Assembly (NCBI RefSeq): GCF_018977255.1
Contig: NW_024705320.1
Coordinates: 1 to 54,509, forward strand
Direction: 5' to 3'
Length of the DNA stretch: 54,509 nucleotides
DNA from: Callorhinchus milii
Lineage: Eukaryota
Within the stretch, counting starts at the first letter, position 1, and the number at the start of each line of letters is the position of its first letter. Shown piece by piece: positions 49,822 through 54,509 of the stretch. The notes below the pieces were generated by a model, which saw only the letters and a program-made list of their open reading frames with translations, ran no database searches and was not told the DNA's origin. The position numbers were made by a program, and so were the translations under genes.

Positions 49822-49835
49822 TGGCGTCAGAAGTG
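49822..49835 (+). promoter_or_regulatory. Primer-binding site, tRNA-Leu-like
   Basis: TGGCGTCAGAAGTG lies 2 nt after the 5' LTR, one mismatch from the familiar tRNA-Leu PBS TGGTGTCAGAAGTG. Confidence 0.8.
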
Positions 49836-49851
49836 AAACAGTCTTCCAGGC

Positions 49852-51100
49852 ATGGATACAAGGAAGACCCGTCGGACTCACGGGATTGACCGCGAGGATA
49901 ACCTTGACGACTCGGGCCAGCTGGCATCGGGGGAGAGGACGAGGAAATGCCGACGCCGCAGGACCCGCCGAGGGCGCCGGACGAGCGACTGGGGACCGAT
50001 GCCGTACTCCGCGAGGCGCACTCCCGTCTGGCAGAGCTGCTGCTCGCCGCCGCGAGGCAGACACGTCGGAGGACGTCGGCGGACATTCAACAGGGTCGCC
50101 CCGCAGATTCCCGCCAAAATGACTTGGCGATTCCCGCCATTTCAACTGCGCGGACATCTTTTGGCGGGAACGGCGAGCAACACGTGGCGGCGGTTCTCCA
50201 AGCGCGCCCGCTTACGTCATCAACGCGCGCTGCGGACCGCCATCAGCCACCCGCCATTGGGGCCGCCATCTTGCAGACCGACGGTGCGGCGGAGAGGAAC
50301 CACGTGGCAGAGGACGACTTCATTTCCAGCAGCGCCTTCCCACATTGTCAGCCTTCAAGGCGGAAGGCGGGGACTGGGGCGCATTCCAGCGCAGGTTTCT
50401 GGCGCATCAGGAAATGTCGGCCTGGTCCGACGCTACGGCGCTGCGGGCACTGCCTGCCATGTTGGACGACGACGCGCTCGCGGCCTTCAGGTCCGCACAG
50501 AGGTCGGACCGCTCCACGCTTAAGGCTGCGCTGGGTCTCATGGCCAAGGTCTACGGACCTCCCTCGGCGTGTCGCCATCACTTTTACGCCCGACGGAAGG
50601 CGGACACGGAGAACCGCTCGCCTACCGCACGGCGTTGTTGGCTCTCGCCGACGCCGCGTTCCCTCGTATGGACGAGGAGGGCCAGGACGCGATGGTCTTG
50701 GAGCAACTGCTCAAGTTGGCGCAGGACCTGGGGGTCCCCATCAACACGGCCGACGAGGTCGATATTTCTTCTTGCGGGTCGCAACAAGTATACAGGCGCA
50801 CGAGGTCCTCCAGCGTAAACAGGGGGTCGTCTGCACTGCTGCCGTGGCCTCAGCTCCGGGCCCGGTGGTCACCGAGCCCCAAGTCGTCAGCCCACGAGAG
50901 GAGGCGTTCACCGCGGGACGACCGGGGGACTGGAGGTCGGGGGTCGTTCGCCTCTGCGATCGGCCCGCAAGCTGGAGCAACCGAGACCTCCGACGTCCCT
51001 CATCACGTGTTACAACTGCGGCCTCCGGGGCCACGTGGCGTCCGGTTGCCGCGCTCCACGTCAGCGCGCCATGGGACCTCGGCTGGACGACGACCAAGGC
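49852..51100 (+). pseudogene. gag: Gypsy gag, frameshifted
   Basis: ATG at 49852, a capsid-like segment FKAEGGDWGAFQRRF...W.D...L...LDDDAL (~50350-50480) and a CCHC zinc knuckle CYNCGLRGHVASGC (51008-51049). Split over several frames. Confidence 0.8.
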
Positions 51101-53490
51101 CCCAAGTCATCCCTACTACCCCCGGCAAGTCGCGGCACTTCACATGCTCGGCCTACATGCACGACACACATGGGCCGTCGCGTTGCGGCGGAGGAAGGCC
51201 GGTTAGGGATCGGGGATTCGGTTCGGCGAGGGGGGTTCGTGCGGGACCGAGGGGACATTAAATGGTCTGAGTTGGGGCACAGGATAGTGGCTGCGTCGGC
51301 GGGATCATCGGTCGTTACGGGATTCATTGACGGGGTCGAGGTCAGGGTGTTAGTGGACACGGGGGCGTCGGCGACTATTATATCAGACCTCATTTACAAC
51401 ATTCTCCCCGTCCAATGTCGACCTCTGCTCCCGGTGGACGTGCCATTTTACGCGGCAAATGGGGGCTCGTTGGGCATTGTCGGCCAGATTAGGGCGTCCA
51501 TTTGCATTGGAGATATTAAATTGTCGGGACCCGTTTTCGTTTCTTCTTCCTTAGCGGTTCCTTGTCTGTTGGGCACAGATTTTTTGGCTAAAATGCCCAT
51601 TAAAATTCTCATCGATCAGCGTTGCATTGAGCTACCATCGGGTCGCCGTATTTCATTTTTGACGAATCCTACCGAAATTCGGACGGCGTGCGCTACGATA
51701 CAAGCGCTGGCGACACAGACCGTGCACGTGCCCCCGGGTTCACAGATGTTAATTCCCCTCCGGTTGAGGAAACCATTGGTTGGGGAGACCTCGGAACAGG
51801 GCATGCTTTTGGGTCCTTCAAATAGGGCTGTCGGGGGTCTCGATTTGTCGGTGGCTCACACTTTGGTTCGGGCTGACAAGGACCCGTTCGTGATGGTTTT
51901 AAACGCTGGTTCGCGGCCGGCCGTTATTCAGCAGGGCACTGTGCTAGCTCACGCGGCACGGGTCCCTGCGGAAGAGCGCCTGGTTGCGCATGTTGATCCA
52001 AGCCCGACGCAGAACAATCCATCGAGGGAGGACCTTGAATGGGTCGATTCGCTGTGCGCGGACTCGAACGATTTGTCAACGGTACAGTTGGGTGCGCTGC
52101 GTGCGTTGCTGATAGAATTTTCTGATGTGTTCAGTAAGCATAAATATGACATTGGGTGCACGGACCTGTTGCGCCACCATATTGAAACAGGCGATGCGGC
52201 ACCGGTCAGGCTAAATCCCTTCCGGCTGAGTCCTGCTGAGAAGGAACACGTTCAGTCGGCCGTCAACGATATGCTGGCGGCCGACATTATTTCGCCTTCT
52301 TCCAGTCCTTGGGGAGCACCTATTGTGCTGGTTAAAAAGCAAGACGGGTCCTTGCGATTTTGCGTAGATTTCCGTCGCCTGAATAAAATCTCCGTGGCTG
52401 ACGCGTATCCGCTCCCCAGAATGGACGAGTCCCTCGATGCATTGTCTGGTGCGCGATATTTTTCTACTCTTGATTTATTATCGGGATTCTGGCAGCTGCC
52501 ACTCGACGACGAGTCTAGACCTAAGACAGCATTTCGGACTCCAGGGGGCCTGTTCCAGTTTAACCGGTTACCCATGGGACTTCACTCCGCTCCCGCGACG
52601 TTTCAGCGCCTTATGGAGTTGGTTTTGTCGGGCTTGCAATGGGATACTTGCTTGATTTACCTAGACGATGTCATTGTTTTCAGTAAAACGTTTGAGGAAC
52701 ACCTCCAGCGATTGAGAGGGGTGTTCTTGCGGATGCGATCGGCTAAATTAAAGTTTAAACCGGCCAAATGCCACCTTCTTCGTAAGTCCGTGAGATACTT
52801 GGGCCACATTGTCGATTCTTCGGGGATCTCTACCGATCCCGCGAAGACGAACTGTGTCAGTTCATGGCCAACGCCCACGTCGGTTTCGGACGTGCGCAGT
52901 TTCATCGGTTTTGCTTCTTACTACCGCCGATTCGTTGAGCATTTCGCCACCATTGCAAAACCCTTGCACGCTCTAACGGCAAAAGGAGTCAAGTTCCGAT
53001 GGGGACCGGAGGAGGAGGCCGCGTTCTGCTCCCTCCGGGACGCCTTGGTGGGTGCCCCGCCCTTGCGTTATCCTGACTTTACAAGTCCCTTCTTGCTAGA
53101 CACGGATGCTAGCAACACGGGCATTGGGGGGGTGCTCTCACAGGTCGTTGGGGAGTCGAAAGGGTGGTCGCCTATGGTAGCAGGGTTTTGTCGCCGGCGG
53201 AGCAGCGCTACTGCGTCACCCGTCGCGAGTTGCTGGCTATTGTTTTTTTTGTACAGCAATTTAGACCGTATCTCTATGGCCGTCACTTTACGGTCCGGAC
53301 GGACCACGCGGCGCTTCAGTATTCATTGAGGGTCGCCCAACCCTCGGGCCAATTGTCACGGTGGTTGGAAGTCCTCCAGGACTATCAGTTCACCACATAC
53401 CGTAAGGGGTTGCGCCACACTAACGCGATGCCCTGTCGCGATTGTCGCCTTGTCACAAATGTGCGTGCTTAATGGGTTTTTGTTGTTGTT
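51035..53490 (+). pseudogene. pol: Gypsy pol: protease, RT and RNase H; frameshifted in RNase H; no integrase
   Basis: LVDTGAS (DTG 51356-51364), SPWGAPIVLVKK..G.LRFCVDFR, LPMGL..APATFQR, YLDD (52658-52669), LDTDASNTGIG, then a shifted frame with YCVTRRELLAIV and VRTDH. Confidence 0.93.
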
Positions 53491-53529
53491 GTTGTGTTGT
53501 TTAACAGCCGGGCCGGCTGCGAGCTATGT

Positions 53530-53540
53530 GGGAGGGGTGA
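53530..53540 (+). promoter_or_regulatory. Polypurine tract
   Basis: GGGAGGGGTGA immediately 5' of the 3' LTR. Confidence 0.75.
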
Positions 53541-54299
53541 TGTAGTGGTGATACGCGCTGGGGTAAGGATCGTGTGCCAGCGCATAGTGATTGGCTATGT
53601 GTGTTGGTGACGCGCGCTGACGGTGAAGGATCAGGGGTCAGCGGCGGTCAGGGGTTATGAGGCGGTGATTGCTGGGTATCGGTGACGCGCGCTGACAGCG
53701 AGGGATCCTGAGGCAGCGCGTGGGGATTGGTCAACTAAGGGGGGTGCTCACGTCGAGGTCCGCATACGCTCCGTCTCCCGGGAGCGGAGGCTATATAAGG
53801 CGGTGCGCACAGGCGCACGGGGAGTTGGTGACCAGCGAAGACTGAAGACGGAGGAGGAAGAGATAGGCCCTGAGGCACCTAGTCCCGCTGTCCTTGTAAG
53901 GACCGGGGCCCTGTGTGACTCAGAGGCGGGACCCTGGGACCCGGGGCCGAACGTCCGTGTGAGGGCCGGCCCACGCGGACCAGAGGTTGTGACCCACGCC
54001 CAAGCTGGGGTGGGCCTGTAGGCTCCACGGACACTACGGGGCTGGAGTGGCTGTGAGCGTGCAGCGTGAGTGTGTAGTGTGAGCCGTAGTAAACCACATG
54101 TGTCAAGTGGAGTGTGTAGTGAGAGAAGTAGTGACCACACGTGTCAAGTGGAGTGTGTAGTGTGAGAAGGTGACCACACGTGTCAAGTGGAGTGTGTAGT
54201 GCGAGGAATAGTGACTACACGTGTTATCGTGAGAAGACAAGGTTTAATAAAAAGTGTGCTACCGTCAAGTGGTTTTCTGCCGTCATTCCGAATACTTCA
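53541..54299 (+). repeat. 3' LTR (759 bp)
   Basis: Direct repeat of 49118-49819 with one extra ~40-bp internal unit and scattered 1-nt indels. Confidence 0.95.
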
Positions 54300-54509
54300 C
54301 ATGTAATAGCGCCAGCTGGTGGACAGCAGCGGCAACTGTGGTGGATAGACAGTACACACCGGCAGAGGGTGTGCACGGTGTGTTGGCAGAGAGGAGAAAC
54401 TAGGTACGATCACGGAGGACCCCATCTGGAGTCCCCTGGAACCTGCAAGTGGGTTCGAGAATTGAGGCGCTGGCAGCAGGGCAGAGCCAGGCCGTACTGA
54501 TAGCATAGA

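Larger units (their letters stand above)
49118..54299 (+). mobile_element. Ty3/gypsy LTR retrotransposon (gag-PR-RT-RNase H, integrase absent), bounded by two LTRs and a CATG TSD
   Basis: TG...CA LTRs at 49118-49819 and 53541-54299, TSD CATG at 49114-49117 and 54300-54303, plus PBS, PPT and gypsy-type RT/RNase H motifs. Confidence 0.95.

Noticed and set aside
49445..50787. Several overlapping GC-rich ORFs on both strands in the LTR and gag region
   Set aside because: They are alternative frames of GC-rich LTR and gag sequence, not separate genes.

Overview
Eukaryotic, repeat-rich vertebrate genomic DNA. Lamprey-like origin is my inference from V-SINE-type repeats, GC-rich exons and intron style; it is not proven. 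The window has three parts. (1) 1-12287 holds five coding exons of a discoidin domain receptor (DDR1/DDR2 family) covering the end of the DS domain and the DS-like domain. The most 5' of these exons (429-575) lies on the opposite strand to the other four, although its splice phase joins the next exon exactly. Introns are filled with simple repeats and SINEs, followed by a decayed RTE-clade LINE and a rearranged Penelope-like element with a hammerhead-ribozyme motif and a fold-back hairpin. (2) A 30-N gap (12288-12317) is followed by about 33.4 kb (12318-~45705) that looks like random or shuffled sequence: no repeats, exons, TE fragments or recognisable proteins. I treat it as probably non-biological and call no genes in it. 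(3) ~45705-54509 holds a V-SINE, nested Tigger-like and hAT MITEs, a probable solo LTR and a fully bordered Ty3/gypsy element (two LTRs, CATG TSD, PBS, PPT) that lacks integrase. I found no convincing new multi-gene system. The best leads are the inverted DDR exon, a GC-AG intron that may have been gained by insertion, the Penelope hammerhead and hairpin, and the integrase-less gypsy element.
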